A DNA stretch of 64,000 nt from Candidatus Woesearchaeota archaeon (GCA_964457955.1 CAYWEY010000003.1:14439-78438); one strand, 5' to 3'; numbered from the stretch's first letter, positions 50,973-61,031 are shown. Numbers and translations: made by a program. The notes: generated by a model not told the origin, from the sequence alone.

Positions 50973-51300
50973 TTGAGATTTAAAATTCTTCTCAAGTTCT
51001 TTGCCTAATTTTTTAGGATTTTCTTTTAATTTTTTAATAATATTTTTGAGCTTACTCTTCTTTTTATCAAATCTTTTTCTCTTTTTAGATATAAGTTATA
51101 TAATAAAATCTTAATATTTTATTCTTTGTATGAGAATTCCTTTATTCTTACAATATCATCCAACATATAACAGATAAATACTCCTACTGCTATTATTCCA
51201 AACCCTGTGTAAGCATTTTGGTGGAATATTTGTAAACATTATGAAAATATATGAAATTGCAAAAACAGGGGAAGAAAAATTAATAATTACGATGCATTAA

Positions 51301-52298
51301 TCAACCAAGTTTCTCATTATAGAAACAATTTGGATCTGAATTAAATAATGATCCTGTTTTATAGAATGAACTTGCTCTGCATCCCCCACAAAAATATTTA
51401 GAATTACAAGAGCCACAAGGGCCATTAAATGAAGTTCTATTCCTTAATCTTTTCAAAACTTTATTATTAAACCAGATATCATTTAATGATTCATTGAAAA
51501 CATTGGCCAAAACGTATTTAATGAAAGGACAAGGCAAAACATCACCATTAGAACAAATATAAATTGATGCCACTCCTGCAATACATCCCCCAGTTATTCC
51601 TTTTCTTTTATTACTTTCAAGTAGTTTAAATCTATCATCATCAACCAAAAATAAAAGAACATTAGAGCATTTGATCAGTTTATTATTTTTTTTAATTTTT
51701 GATATCTTCTTAAGAGCTTTTTGCAATTCTTTTGGATTTAATGTTTCATTTTCAAAGGAATTGTTAACCGGGACCAGACGATTGATTCCTATTTCAACAT
51801 TCATTTCAGAAGCAAATTTATCTAATTCATCTAATGAATTAATCAATGATTTATGTAATGCTGCTTGAAGTGTAACCTTAATGTTATTATTTTTAAGTAA
51901 TTCAATTTTACTAATCAAATCTGACAAATAATTCTCTCTAAAACAAGATTCATCCCCTGGAGGCACATCAATACTCAATTGAATTGAATCAAATACTTTT
52001 AATTGGTTAATATTATTTTCATTTATCAACAAACCATTAGTCATCAAGATTAATTTAGGAAAATCTTTTTGCTTAGCATATATAGCATATTCAAATAATT
52101 CTTTAACCATTAATGGCTCCCCCCCCCAGTAAATACTAACCTATAAACTTCAAGTTCTTTTAATTCATCAATCAAACTAAAAACTTTTTCAGGATTTAAT
52201 TTTTTTACAGGATTACGTCTAACATAACAATGCTTACAATCAAGATTGCATTCATTTGTTAATTCTATTTCAACTATATGAAGCCCTTTATTTTCCAT
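51301..52298 (-). CDS. radical SAM / SPASM-domain enzyme (paralog 3), interrupted by a frameshift in a C9 run
   Basis: N-terminal ORF (52110-52298) ELTNECNLDCKHCY (CxxxCxxC)...VFTGGG stops inside a C9 run; C-terminal ORF (51301-52110) has SPASM cysteines CIAGVASIYICSNGDVLPC...CGSCNSKYFCGGCRA. Confidence 0.6.
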
Positions 52299-53352
52299 CT
52301 CTCAAACCATAAATAACACAATAAGGGTCACCTCTAAAAGGATCACCTAATAATTTATCCGCAAAAGCCCTACACCCACCTGTGCATAATCTCAATAAAT
52401 CACATTTACTACACTTATCTTCTTTTGGGATGAAATAACGAAACTTTTTCATAACACTTGAGTCTTTCCAAACTTTTAATAAATCATCAGTAAGCGCATT
52501 ACCACACAAAAACTTTTCTGATTTGAAATAATTACACGGAACAATATACCCACTAGCAGTTATAACCATTTTAAATCTCCCAGCCATACAAAAAGGAATT
52601 TTTATTCTATCAAGTTCGTTTAAAAAAATTAAAGCATGATTTGGTTTGATTTTAATATCTAATTTTTTAATTTTTTGGTATATGGTATAAAACTCTCTCC
52701 ATTCTTTTTTAGATAAAATATATTTATGTCTTGATTCACCACAAGGGATCATATCTAATAAATGTAATTCCATATAATCTCTTTTTTTAACAAAAGAAGC
52801 TAATTCAAAAATTTCCTTATAATTTAATTTATTAACAACACATGCGATTGATATTTTATTTTTATCAAAATACTTCTCTAACAATTCTAAAGAATCAAAC
52901 AATTTTTTAAGTAAATCCTTCCCTCCTCTTATTTCATCCTGTTTATTTAAACTATCGATATTAACATTAATTTTATCAAAACCAATTTCTCCAATCCTTT
53001 TAGCAATTAATTTATTAATTAATAATAAGTTTGTATTTAGATGAACTTTTATTCCATTTCTTTTTAAAGAATCCGCAAGTTCTAAAAGAATTTCCGCTCT
53101 AATCAATGGTTCACCTCCAGAAAATGAAACATACAAAGGATTTAATTGATTAATGATTTTTTTATTAATAATTCTTAACTCATCATTATTTAATTCTCTT
53201 TTTTTAAAACAATTATCTTTATTATAACAATAAACACAATCAAGATTGCATTTGTTAGTTAAATCAAATTGTACTTGTGCAGGTCTAGTAAATAAATATT
53301 CAAAATCAGATAATTTCTTAGAATTAGTTAAATCAAATTTTGGATTCATCAA
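52288..53352 (-). CDS. radical SAM / SPASM-domain enzyme (paralog 2)
   Basis: FDLTNKCNLDCVYCYN (CxxxCxxC), SFSGGEPL, SPASM CMAGRFKMVITASGYIVPC...CSKCDLLRLCTGGCRA. Confidence 0.75.
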   Translation of the reverse strand: MMNPKFDLTNSKKLSDFEYLFTRPAQVQFDLTNKCNLDCVYCYNKDNCFKKRELNNDELRIINKKIINQLNPLYVSFSGGEPLIRAEILLELADSLKRNGIKVHLNTNLLLINKLIAKRIGEIGFDKINVNIDSLNKQDEIRGGKDLLKKLFDSLELLEKYFDKNKISIACVVNKLNYKEIFELASFVKKRDYMELHLLDMIPCGESRHKYILSKKEWREFYTIYQKIKKLDIKIKPNHALIFLNELDRIKIPFCMAGRFKMVITASGYIVPCNYFKSEKFLCGNALTDDLLKVWKDSSVMKKFRYFIPKEDKCSKCDLLRLCTGGCRAFADKLLGDPFRGDPYCVIYGLRDGK

Positions 53353-53390
53353 TTAAATCCAAGAGAATATTTATTCTTAAATATTTCTAA

Positions 53391-53492
53391 CTAATCTCCA
53401 TTTAATTCACAAACAGAACTCAAAACTTCTTCAACAGATAATTTCCATGAGTCTTCATTTGAATCTTCTGTTTTTTTAGTTGCTTCTTCCAT
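53391..53492 (-). CDS. candidate precursor peptide (33 aa; below ORF-track cutoff): MEEATKKTEDSNEDSWKLSVEEVLSSVCELNGD
   Basis: ATG..TAG ORF in the 165-nt gap between the methyltransferase and rSAM paralog 2, same strand; acidic leader-like N-half, single Cys near C-terminus. Confidence 0.3.
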   Translation of the reverse strand: MEEATKKTEDSNEDSWKLSVEEVLSSVCELNGD

Positions 53493-53517
53493 AAACAAGT
53501 GTAATTACTATCAATAT

Positions 53518-54294
53518 TTATAAACTTTTTCTTAAAATGTAATATTGCCTGCTAAGGTGTTTTTGTTCATCCCAATATATCTTGGATTCATCAATTATTT
53601 CCAACACTTCAAAACCAATATCGTTAACAATACTTTCGATCTCACTTGACGAATAACCTCGTTCCACATGTTTTTCTTTAATTTCTTTTTCACCTTTTTT
53701 TAGTATTATATCCAAACACCATATATTTTCTTCTCCACTGAAATTAAATGTGATATTATTCCTCCCTATATTAAAAATTCTTTGTGGTGCATTACTTGAC
53801 ACACTTACATGCTCTTTTGTATTCATATCAAATATGAAATAAGCTCCTTTGTTTAAATGGTCATAGACCTTCTTAAAAACCTTTTTTAAATCGTCAATAG
53901 ATAATAAATAATTAAGTGAATCATAAAATGATACTGCCAGATCAAATTTTTTAGGAATATTAAAAGTTCTTAAGTCACTGATTACAAAATTAATCTTATC
54001 ATTATATGCTTTAAGTTTTTCTTTTGCGAGATTAATCATATATTTTGATTTATCAACACCTACTACATTAAAATCTAACTCTAATAACATCTTAGAAATC
54101 GTCCCTGTCCCACAAGCAAGATCTATTGCATTTCCTTTAATACTATACTTTTTAACTTGTTCTTTAATAAGATCATTCCATTTATCGTATTTCGATGAAG
54201 TCATTAATTCATCATAAAGATTTGAGAATTCAATTCCATAATTATTTGGTTGTTTCATTTTGATGACTGTATGAAAACCTACAGAAACCTCCAC
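53518..54294 (-). CDS. class I SAM-dependent methyltransferase (Methyltransf_11/25-like)
   Basis: IDLACGTGTISKML motif I, VGVDKS, LAVSFYDSLNY. Confidence 0.7.
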   Translation of the reverse strand: MEVSVGFHTVIKMKQPNNYGIEFSNLYDELMTSSKYDKWNDLIKEQVKKYSIKGNAIDLACGTGTISKMLLELDFNVVGVDKSKYMINLAKEKLKAYNDKINFVISDLRTFNIPKKFDLAVSFYDSLNYLLSIDDLKKVFKKVYDHLNKGAYFIFDMNTKEHVSVSSNAPQRIFNIGRNNITFNFSGEENIWCLDIILKKGEKEIKEKHVERGYSSSEIESIVNDIGFEVLEIIDESKIYWDEQKHLSRQYYILRKSL

Positions 54295-55417
54295 ATCTTA
54301 TTTCATCCTTATTGATATCACACTCTTCACAAAGCGGAATTAAAAATTTTTCTGTCTCTTCTAATAAATCAGAAATTACTCTTTCAGGAATATATTCATT
54401 TAAATTACCTAATTTTGAGTTTCTATCCATCACACAAGGATATAAATATCCTTTAACATCTATCGATATCCTCTTTCTAATACCACACCCATACCATCTT
54501 GATTCGGGTATTGTTTTTTTAGTTGCTAAAAATCCGTTACGGACGTGTTTATTACTTAAATATTGTTTCAATACAATATGAGCATCTTTTGAATTAATTT
54601 TATTAAACACAGCATTTCCTGTTTTAATTGCAGGTCTCAAATGAAGAGTGGTATTAAAATTTTTGGCCAAATTTATAAGTTTTGGAACATCTGAATAATT
54701 GTGGTCTCCAAGAGTAGTTACTAAATATTCTGGGATATTGTTCTCACATAATTTTTCTAAACCAATCAACAAATCATCAAATAAACCTTTTCTTTTACGA
54801 ATCGTATCATGGTTTTTTCCATAACCATCTATGCTTACAGCAAGACCAAGACTATTTTTTAATGTTTTAAAAAAGTCTTCATTTTTATTTTTTAATTGAC
54901 CTCCATTTGTAACAATATAATAATTTCTTCCATTATTATCTATTCTTTTAAGAATTTCTTGCAAATCATTTCTAAGAAGAGGTTCTCCCCCAGTTACTTC
55001 AAAAACCATCAAACCTAAATCACACAATTTATCAACTCTTTCTAATAAATCCTTTTTACTTGGCGAACCTTTATTCAAATCTTTTTTATGATAACAAGCT
55101 TTACAATCACAATCACAATTTGATGTTGCTTCTAACAAAACTTGTGAAGGCAAGAGATCGTTATCAACCTTAAAAGTTTTAACATAATTATTATTGTTCT
55201 CAATAATTATCCCGCTTTGATATAATCTAACTAAATCTTTTGTTGAAACTTGTGAGAAGTCATTATTTAACAATGATTTTGTTGTTTTTTTATCAACCCA
55301 AAAAAATGATGCATAAAGACCAGGAGTTACTATTGTACTTCCTGAAGGTTCTTGTCTTATTATTGTCTTTTCATCGAATCCTAATTTATAAAAATCAATA
55401 TTTTTAATTATATCCAA
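54242..55417 (-). CDS. radical SAM / SPASM-domain enzyme (paralog 1) with ~100-aa N-terminal extension (possible RRE-like substrate-binding domain)
   Basis: LLEATSNCDCDCKACY (CxxxCxxC), VTGGEPLL, SPASM WYGCGIRKRISIDVKGYLYPC...CEEC...CGGFC; 53-nt overlap with methyltransferase. Confidence 0.75.
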   Translation of the reverse strand: MDIIKNIDFYKLGFDEKTIIRQEPSGSTIVTPGLYASFFWVDKKTTKSLLNNDFSQVSTKDLVRLYQSGIIIENNNNYVKTFKVDNDLLPSQVLLEATSNCDCDCKACYHKKDLNKGSPSKKDLLERVDKLCDLGLMVFEVTGGEPLLRNDLQEILKRIDNNGRNYYIVTNGGQLKNKNEDFFKTLKNSLGLAVSIDGYGKNHDTIRKRKGLFDDLLIGLEKLCENNIPEYLVTTLGDHNYSDVPKLINLAKNFNTTLHLRPAIKTGNAVFNKINSKDAHIVLKQYLSNKHVRNGFLATKKTIPESRWYGCGIRKRISIDVKGYLYPCVMDRNSKLGNLNEYIPERVISDLLEETEKFLIPLCEECDINKDEIRCGGFCRFSYSHQNETTK

Positions 55418-55472
55418 ATCAGTATTATCTTTCCTGATTTCACTTAAACATGGAACTCCTAAGTTGTGTTGA

Positions 55473-56357
55473 TTAATAATAGTAATTTTTCATCATCTCT
55501 GTCATTTCATTATAACAAATATCATCTGAAACTTCTACATTAATAATCCTTTTGATTGCATTTTCCTTTTTAATAATCCCCCATCTGATTCTTTCTGAAA
55601 AATAATTGATCACTATTGGTAGTGATTTATTGATTTGTTTCAAAGTTAATTTGCTTTTTCCATAAATATTTCTTAATATAAAACCAGGTATTAAACAATC
55701 AGTGTCATACCCTCCACACATAGGATCCTCCCAAGGAATTCTTTCTTCATTTTTAATATTTTTAATTTTCTCTTTTGTTAACCCCAATGCTGCCGAACCT
55801 CTTAAAACGCAATAATCTCTTTTTTTCCAAAAAATTGAGTATCGTTTTAATGATTCATTGAATTTTGGAGTATCCCCTCCTGTTATTAATAAATTATTAC
55901 TATTTTGCTTTAAATATTTTTTATAATAATTATCCAGTATATCGTTACAAATTTTACCGCAAGGAAGTTTTTTATTCACAATCATATCTGTGTAAATACA
56001 TTTATCTTTATCATTTATATTAATCCATTCATGATTATTCTTTAAATTTTCAAATTCTAAAACCCTTCGAATATTTTTTTTCACCTTATTTCCTTTATAA
56101 CCATGATTAATGGTAAAAAGATTAAGTTCCACATTATAATCATCAGTTAACTTTCTTAATTCATGTAGTGTTATAACACTATCTAATCCTCCTGAAAAAG
56201 CAAAACTAACTGAATCAGTTTCTAATAAATAATTTATTAATTCTTGCTTAAACAGAGTGGAAAAACATTTAACTGTTTCATCATCTAATTCTTTACAATA
56301 ATCACAAATTGTATTCTTTGTCAATACAAGACAATTATCACAAAATTCCATGTACAT
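55473..56357 (-). CDS. PP-loop ATP pyrophosphatase, TtuA/NcsA-like architecture (N-terminal Cys4 zinc ribbon + SGGxDS)
   Basis: CDNC...CDYC, then SFAFSGGLDSV PP-loop; additional Cys pairs CGKIC and CGGYDTDC. Confidence 0.55.
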   Translation of the reverse strand: MYMEFCDNCLVLTKNTICDYCKELDDETVKCFSTLFKQELINYLLETDSVSFAFSGGLDSVITLHELRKLTDDYNVELNLFTINHGYKGNKVKKNIRRVLEFENLKNNHEWININDKDKCIYTDMIVNKKLPCGKICNDILDNYYKKYLKQNSNNLLITGGDTPKFNESLKRYSIFWKKRDYCVLRGSAALGLTKEKIKNIKNEERIPWEDPMCGGYDTDCLIPGFILRNIYGKSKLTLKQINKSLPIVINYFSERIRWGIIKKENAIKRIINVEVSDDICYNEMTEMMKNYYY

Positions 56358-56828
56358 ATCTCAAATTTATTCATTAATAAATATTAATTAATATGCAACA
56401 AATTATAAAAAGGAACAGAAGATAATTGGGAAAGTTCTTGATAATGAAATTGTAAGCGAAAAAATTAGAGGATATTTTAAATTTGAATCATTTGATGAAG
56501 TTATTTATAGAATAAAAAAAATACTTTTTGGAGGAATAGCATTTAATCAAATTATTAAGGATGAATCTCTTAAAAATGTTAATTTAGGAAGAATGACATT
56601 CATTAAAGATTTATCTCCTTTAGCAGAAGAATTTGAAGAACATCAAGAATTGTTTTCAAGAATATCAGATAATGAGGTAATAATTGATTTTGCACAATTA
56701 AAATATCAAGTAAGTAATAAGTGGAAAATGAAAAATGAAAAGTAAAAAAGATAAAAGTATTTTAAAAAATGATATTCATAACTCACAAAACAAAGAGAAA
56801 GGGAGCATAAACTGAACAGAGCATATTA

Positions 56829-56903
56829 TGCCCCCTCCGGGATTCGAACCCGGGTCGTCGGCTTGAAAGGCCGATATCCTTAACCGGACTAGACGAAAGG
56901 GGC
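56829..56903 (-). tRNA. tRNA-Glu (anticodon TTC)
   Basis: Acceptor GCCCCUU/AGGGGGC, anticodon stem-loop UCGGC-CUUUCAA-GCCGA, T-arm CCGGGUUCGAAUCCCGG. Confidence 0.8.
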
Positions 56904-56996
56904 AATTAAATAATATACTATTTGGCATAACGATTTTTTAAACCTTTTGGAAATTTTCATAATATTTTTAATCTGTTATAATATTGTTATAACTTT

Positions 56997-57488
56997 ATGA
57001 GTGAAGTGCTTGACGTGATTAAGAAAGATGGCAAAGTTATTGACAAAAAAAGTAGAGAAGTTGTTCATGAGAAGCACTTACTGCATAAACAGGTTATGAT
57101 TTTTGTTTTCAACAGTAGTGGAGATGTCTTGGTGCAGAAGAGGAGTAAAAAAAAAGAAATATTCCCAAATTACTGGAGTATTGGAGTAACAGGTCACGTA
57201 CTTTCAGGAGAAGATGAGCGCTCTGCAGCAGTAAGAGAAGCTAAAGAAGAATTAAGTATGATAATTAAGCAGTCACACCTTATTAATATAGGAAGTTTTG
57301 TTATTGATGTGCCTGAAGAGTATGCTAAAATAAAAATGTATTATTATGAATATAATGCTGAACTTGAGAGGAATAAAAAAGAAGTTGCAGATTTCAAGTA
57401 TATTCCTATCAATAAAGTGAGTAAGATAAAGAAACTCACACCCCTCTCAAAGAAGGCTTTAGAATTTTATAAAAACGAGATGTATTAA
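56997..57488 (+). CDS. Nudix hydrolase
   Basis: Nudix box GHVLSGEDERSAAVREAKEELSM. Confidence 0.7.
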   Translation: MSEVLDVIKKDGKVIDKKSREVVHEKHLLHKQVMIFVFNSSGDVLVQKRSKKKEIFPNYWSIGVTGHVLSGEDERSAAVREAKEELSMIIKQSHLINIGSFVIDVPEEYAKIKMYYYEYNAELERNKKEVADFKYIPINKVSKIKKLTPLSKKALEFYKNEMY

Positions 57489-57530
57489 GAGAAAGTTTTA
57501 TAAAACTATTTTTGTTATTCTTATTAGATT

Positions 57531-57821
57531 ATGTTAGTTGGATTAAAAGAAGAATTCGATGAGCTTTCTGATATTATTAGTGAGCAAGAAGGAAAGATGA
57601 AAGAGTACGAAAATGATTCTGATAAATTGTCTAAAGTATATTCTTTACTTGAAAAGAAATATAAGGAGATTTCAGAGATTTATCAGAAACTAGGTATTGT
57701 TAATCATGCAGAAGAAATGTTAATGAAGTCTGAAGAGTATAAGAAAAAATTAGATGAATTAAAAGAACCTGTTCCTGTTTATAATCCTTTAAGTGAAGTA
57801 GTAAGAAAAATTGAAAAATGA
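57531..57821 (+). CDS. small coiled-coil hypothetical protein
   Basis: 96 aa; ATGA overlap with next ORF. Confidence 0.3.
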   Translation: MLVGLKEEFDELSDIISEQEGKMKEYENDSDKLSKVYSLLEKKYKEISEIYQKLGIVNHAEEMLMKSEEYKKKLDELKEPVPVYNPLSEVVRKIEK

Positions 57822-58069
57822 ATATTGAGTCAATAGTTGATGAGTATAATAAGAGAAAACAAAAAGATTCTTCATACACTATTAAGGATTTAGTGGAAGA
57901 AATTAAGCCAAAATCAATAAGTGGTGAAGACTTCAGAAAAGAAGTTGATACAAAATTATTGAATTATTGTATGAGAAAAGCAATTGAGATGGATAAGAAG
58001 GGATTAATTGAAGAAGCAAACAAATACTATGAGTTGGCTGGAAGACTAAAAAAAAATTTCTTAAAGTAA
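57818..58069 (+). CDS. small hypothetical protein
   Basis: 83 aa. Confidence 0.3.
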   Translation: MNIESIVDEYNKRKQKDSSYTIKDLVEEIKPKSISGEDFRKEVDTKLLNYCMRKAIEMDKKGLIEEANKYYELAGRLKKNFLK

Positions 58070-58969
58070 ACTTTTTGGAATAGTTCTATTCTTCTCAGCA
58101 AGACGCATTGATTCTCTGACTGACTTAATAGTTTTTTTCTTAATATTAAGAGTTTTCATTATTTCATTATCAGACTTTTCTTCTTCAAAGAGCACGAGTA
58201 TCTTGTCAATAAGAAGAGGAGATACTCCTATTATTGCTTCTTCATCAGCACCAGGGAATAAGTCAGGACTCGCTGGTTTATTAACAATATTTTTAGGGAC
58301 GCCAAGATAATCTGCTACTTTTTTAATCTCTGTTTTGTATAAGTGTTTAATTATACTAATATCATGTGCTCCGTCTCCGTACTTGTCATAAAAACCCATT
58401 AACCATTCAGTCTTATCAGTTGTTCCTAGAACTAAACCATTCTTCAGATAAGCATAATGATAAAGTAGTGCCATCCTAATCTTAACTTTGGTTAATAAGA
58501 AAGCACCTATAAAACCATACTTATTGAAAATCTTTTTCTGAAATTTTGAAAGCTTACCATACCAGAATTTTTGCGCAAAAATATATGGTGAGAAGTCTGG
58601 AAATATTTTTTTAATAAGAGAGGAAACTGTTTTAGTAATCATCTTACCAGGTCTTGCAGGAAGAAGTTCGTAAACACCTAATTCTTCAAGAACTGGAGTA
58701 ATATTTATTTTCTCATAATTTATACCAAGATTCTTGGCAACTTTTTCCGCATCACTCATATTTTTTTCATCAGAATCTTTTTCTGGCATTATAAGTCCAA
58801 AAACATTCTCCTTACCTAAAATCTTAACAGCAAGATAACAAGCAGTTGAAGAATCGAGTCCGCCTGAAAGCCCAACTATTACTCTATCCTTGTTAAAATT
58901 TTTCATCTCTCTCTTTAAGAACTTCTTAATCTTATTAACTTCTTTTTCAGGATTAATATTAAGCATCAA
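58061..58969 (-). CDS. nadE: NH3-dependent NAD+ synthetase
   Basis: VIVGLSGGLDSS PP-loop, NadE-family length and C-terminal region. Confidence 0.8.
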   Translation of the reverse strand: MMLNINPEKEVNKIKKFLKREMKNFNKDRVIVGLSGGLDSSTACYLAVKILGKENVFGLIMPEKDSDEKNMSDAEKVAKNLGINYEKINITPVLEELGVYELLPARPGKMITKTVSSLIKKIFPDFSPYIFAQKFWYGKLSKFQKKIFNKYGFIGAFLLTKVKIRMALLYHYAYLKNGLVLGTTDKTEWLMGFYDKYGDGAHDISIIKHLYKTEIKKVADYLGVPKNIVNKPASPDLFPGADEEAIIGVSPLLIDKILVLFEEEKSDNEIMKTLNIKKKTIKSVRESMRLAEKNRTIPKSLL

Positions 58970-59183
58970 GGTTTATAAAACTTTAATTCAATAAAAAAGT
59001 TATGAAAAAAGAGATAAAAAGAAATATTTACTGGATTAGTTTATCAATAATAACAACCACGATTCTTTTTTATATTGTTGAGAACCTGCTGGATTTCTTA
59101 TCATGGTATATTAGACTCTTATTAGTTATTATACCTATTATTCCTTTCACTGCTCTATGGAAAGGATTATTTGATAAGATTAT

Positions 59184-60341
59184 TTAAACTTGAGTTGATA
59201 TTTTAATCAGAGCATTCTTTATTTTTTCTCGGAGTTCTTTTTCTTCTTCTCCAAGTCTATTGTGAATTAAGTGATAACTCATTTTCTTAAATTCTCTGAT
59301 AGAAGGAAAACTTTCTCTTAAACAATAATTAACCAAGTATTCTCCGTCAATATCTGATGTTTTGAAGTTTAAAATTCTAGCACATATTTCAGGAATAACT
59401 CTTTCAATAAGCTCAGAATTAACATTCTTATCATCCCTCAATGAAAATAATTTTTTTAAATAAAGTTTATAATCATCAATATGCTTTTCTTCATTAATCT
59501 CATCAACAATCTCATAACAAATTTCAAGATAAGGCCATAATATCTTATCTTCTTCCATATTATGATAATTTTTCAAATGCTTAAAAGCAAAAAAATATTC
59601 TCCACCTTCATTCTCAACAAGAAACTTATAATCTTTAATGTTAAACACTTCCTTTATAATACTTGCTAAGGATTCTGAAAAAGTCAATAAATGTTCATCA
59701 TGCTCCACACTAATATTTCTTATTTTAGTACTATAATCTCTCTTAATTCTCCAAATGTTATTCCTTAAATTCTTGAAAAGCAATTCTTTTTTTCCCTCAC
59801 TACTTAAATCACTCTTTTTTATCCCTAAAAGTTTTAACAAGTCATTTTTTCTTTCATCAATTAATCTCTCAATATCTTCCTTATACTCTGAATTGTCTCC
59901 TTCATAATCAACACTCGTAAAAATGTCAATGAATTCTTTGAAGAATTTAGACTCACGATTAAATTCATGCGTTTCAGAAAAGGTTAATAATATAAAAGCA
60001 CCTTCATCCTTTACTAATATATCAAATTTTTTTTCTAAAAGGAATTCTTTACCCTCTGTTTTCTTAATCAAGTGTATGCTTTTAATATTACTTAATATTG
60101 AAGTTAAAGAAGATAATGCTGCACTAATAAGGATTAATTTATCATCTCTTCCATTAATTTTCAAAAATTTCCAGAAAAAACTTCTGTTTAAATCTTCTTC
60201 AGATTTATGCTCTCTGAAAAAATTATAAATTTTTTCTCTTTCTTCAAAATCAAACTGGAAAGCGTTAATCCCGTTCTCAATAACTACAAAAGGAAGATTG
60301 CATTCATCTATGCTTATTTTTTCTTTATCCATATTTTTCAT
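59184..60341 (-). CDS. hypothetical protein
   Basis: 385 aa ORF, no recognisable motif. Confidence 0.4.
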   Translation of the reverse strand: MKNMDKEKISIDECNLPFVVIENGINAFQFDFEEREKIYNFFREHKSEEDLNRSFFWKFLKINGRDDKLILISAALSSLTSILSNIKSIHLIKKTEGKEFLLEKKFDILVKDEGAFILLTFSETHEFNRESKFFKEFIDIFTSVDYEGDNSEYKEDIERLIDERKNDLLKLLGIKKSDLSSEGKKELLFKNLRNNIWRIKRDYSTKIRNISVEHDEHLLTFSESLASIIKEVFNIKDYKFLVENEGGEYFFAFKHLKNYHNMEEDKILWPYLEICYEIVDEINEEKHIDDYKLYLKKLFSLRDDKNVNSELIERVIPEICARILNFKTSDIDGEYLVNYCLRESFPSIREFKKMSYHLIHNRLGEEEKELREKIKNALIKISTQV

Positions 60342-60409
60342 AAAATTTTTAGTTATTAAAAAATATTTTCATAATATTTATAATAATTAAATTTTGGATT
60401 CTTTCTATA

Positions 60410-60922
60410 ATGGGAGTAAAACAAGTAATAATAGATGAAGAGGATAATTTAAGCGAAGAATCATTCAATAACCTTTTTGGCGTACTCAACAGTTTTTCTG
60501 AGGAAAGGGATTTGGAATTAATAATTACAAAAAACAATGAGAATAGTGAATATCATTATACTAATGGAACTATGTTATTGTATTTACCTTCTCTCAAAAA
60601 AGAAGAACAAGTTATTAGACTAACTAAAAATTTTTATTTAAGACTGTTAAGCATGGCTTATTTAAAACCTACTAATGAAGAAGTTAAGAATTATTTTAAA
60701 AAGTTTAATATAGAATATAAGAATATAACAAGATACGGATTCTGTTCCATAACTGATAATCATAAAAAAAATTTATGTGTTAATTCTATTAAATTTTACT
60801 TAAACGAATCAAATAATTCAAAAAGTAAGAGAATTTTAAAAAAAGAAGGATTATGCTTTGAATGCGCAGAACGTTTTCCTGAAGAAATATATAAAAAATA
60901 TATTATCGGATTATTAAGATAA
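60410..60922 (+). CDS. hypothetical protein
   Basis: 170 aa ORF. Confidence 0.35.
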   Translation: MGVKQVIIDEEDNLSEESFNNLFGVLNSFSEERDLELIITKNNENSEYHYTNGTMLLYLPSLKKEEQVIRLTKNFYLRLLSMAYLKPTNEEVKNYFKKFNIEYKNITRYGFCSITDNHKKNLCVNSIKFYLNESNNSKSKRILKKEGLCFECAERFPEEIYKKYIIGLLR

Positions 60923-61031
60923 CCACTTTTTAATAGTAACTTTTATAAATATGATATTTTTTTATAGTATTAAGAATAAATAATTATAGAAAAAAAGTTA
61001 TTCTTGTTAAAAAAATAGGTGAAAAAAAATA

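Noticed and set aside
56392-56745. ~115-codon plus-strand open frame (…KIIGKVLDNEIVSEKIRGYFKFESFDEVIYRIKKILFGGIAFNQ…MTFIKDLSPLAEEFEEHQELF…) upstream of the rSAM cluster
   Set aside because: No ATG/GTG/TTG start for the first 65 codons and it is on the opposite strand to the cluster. Possibly a decayed gene, so not called. A 50-aa Met-initiated tail (56593-56745) remains a weak alternative peptide candidate
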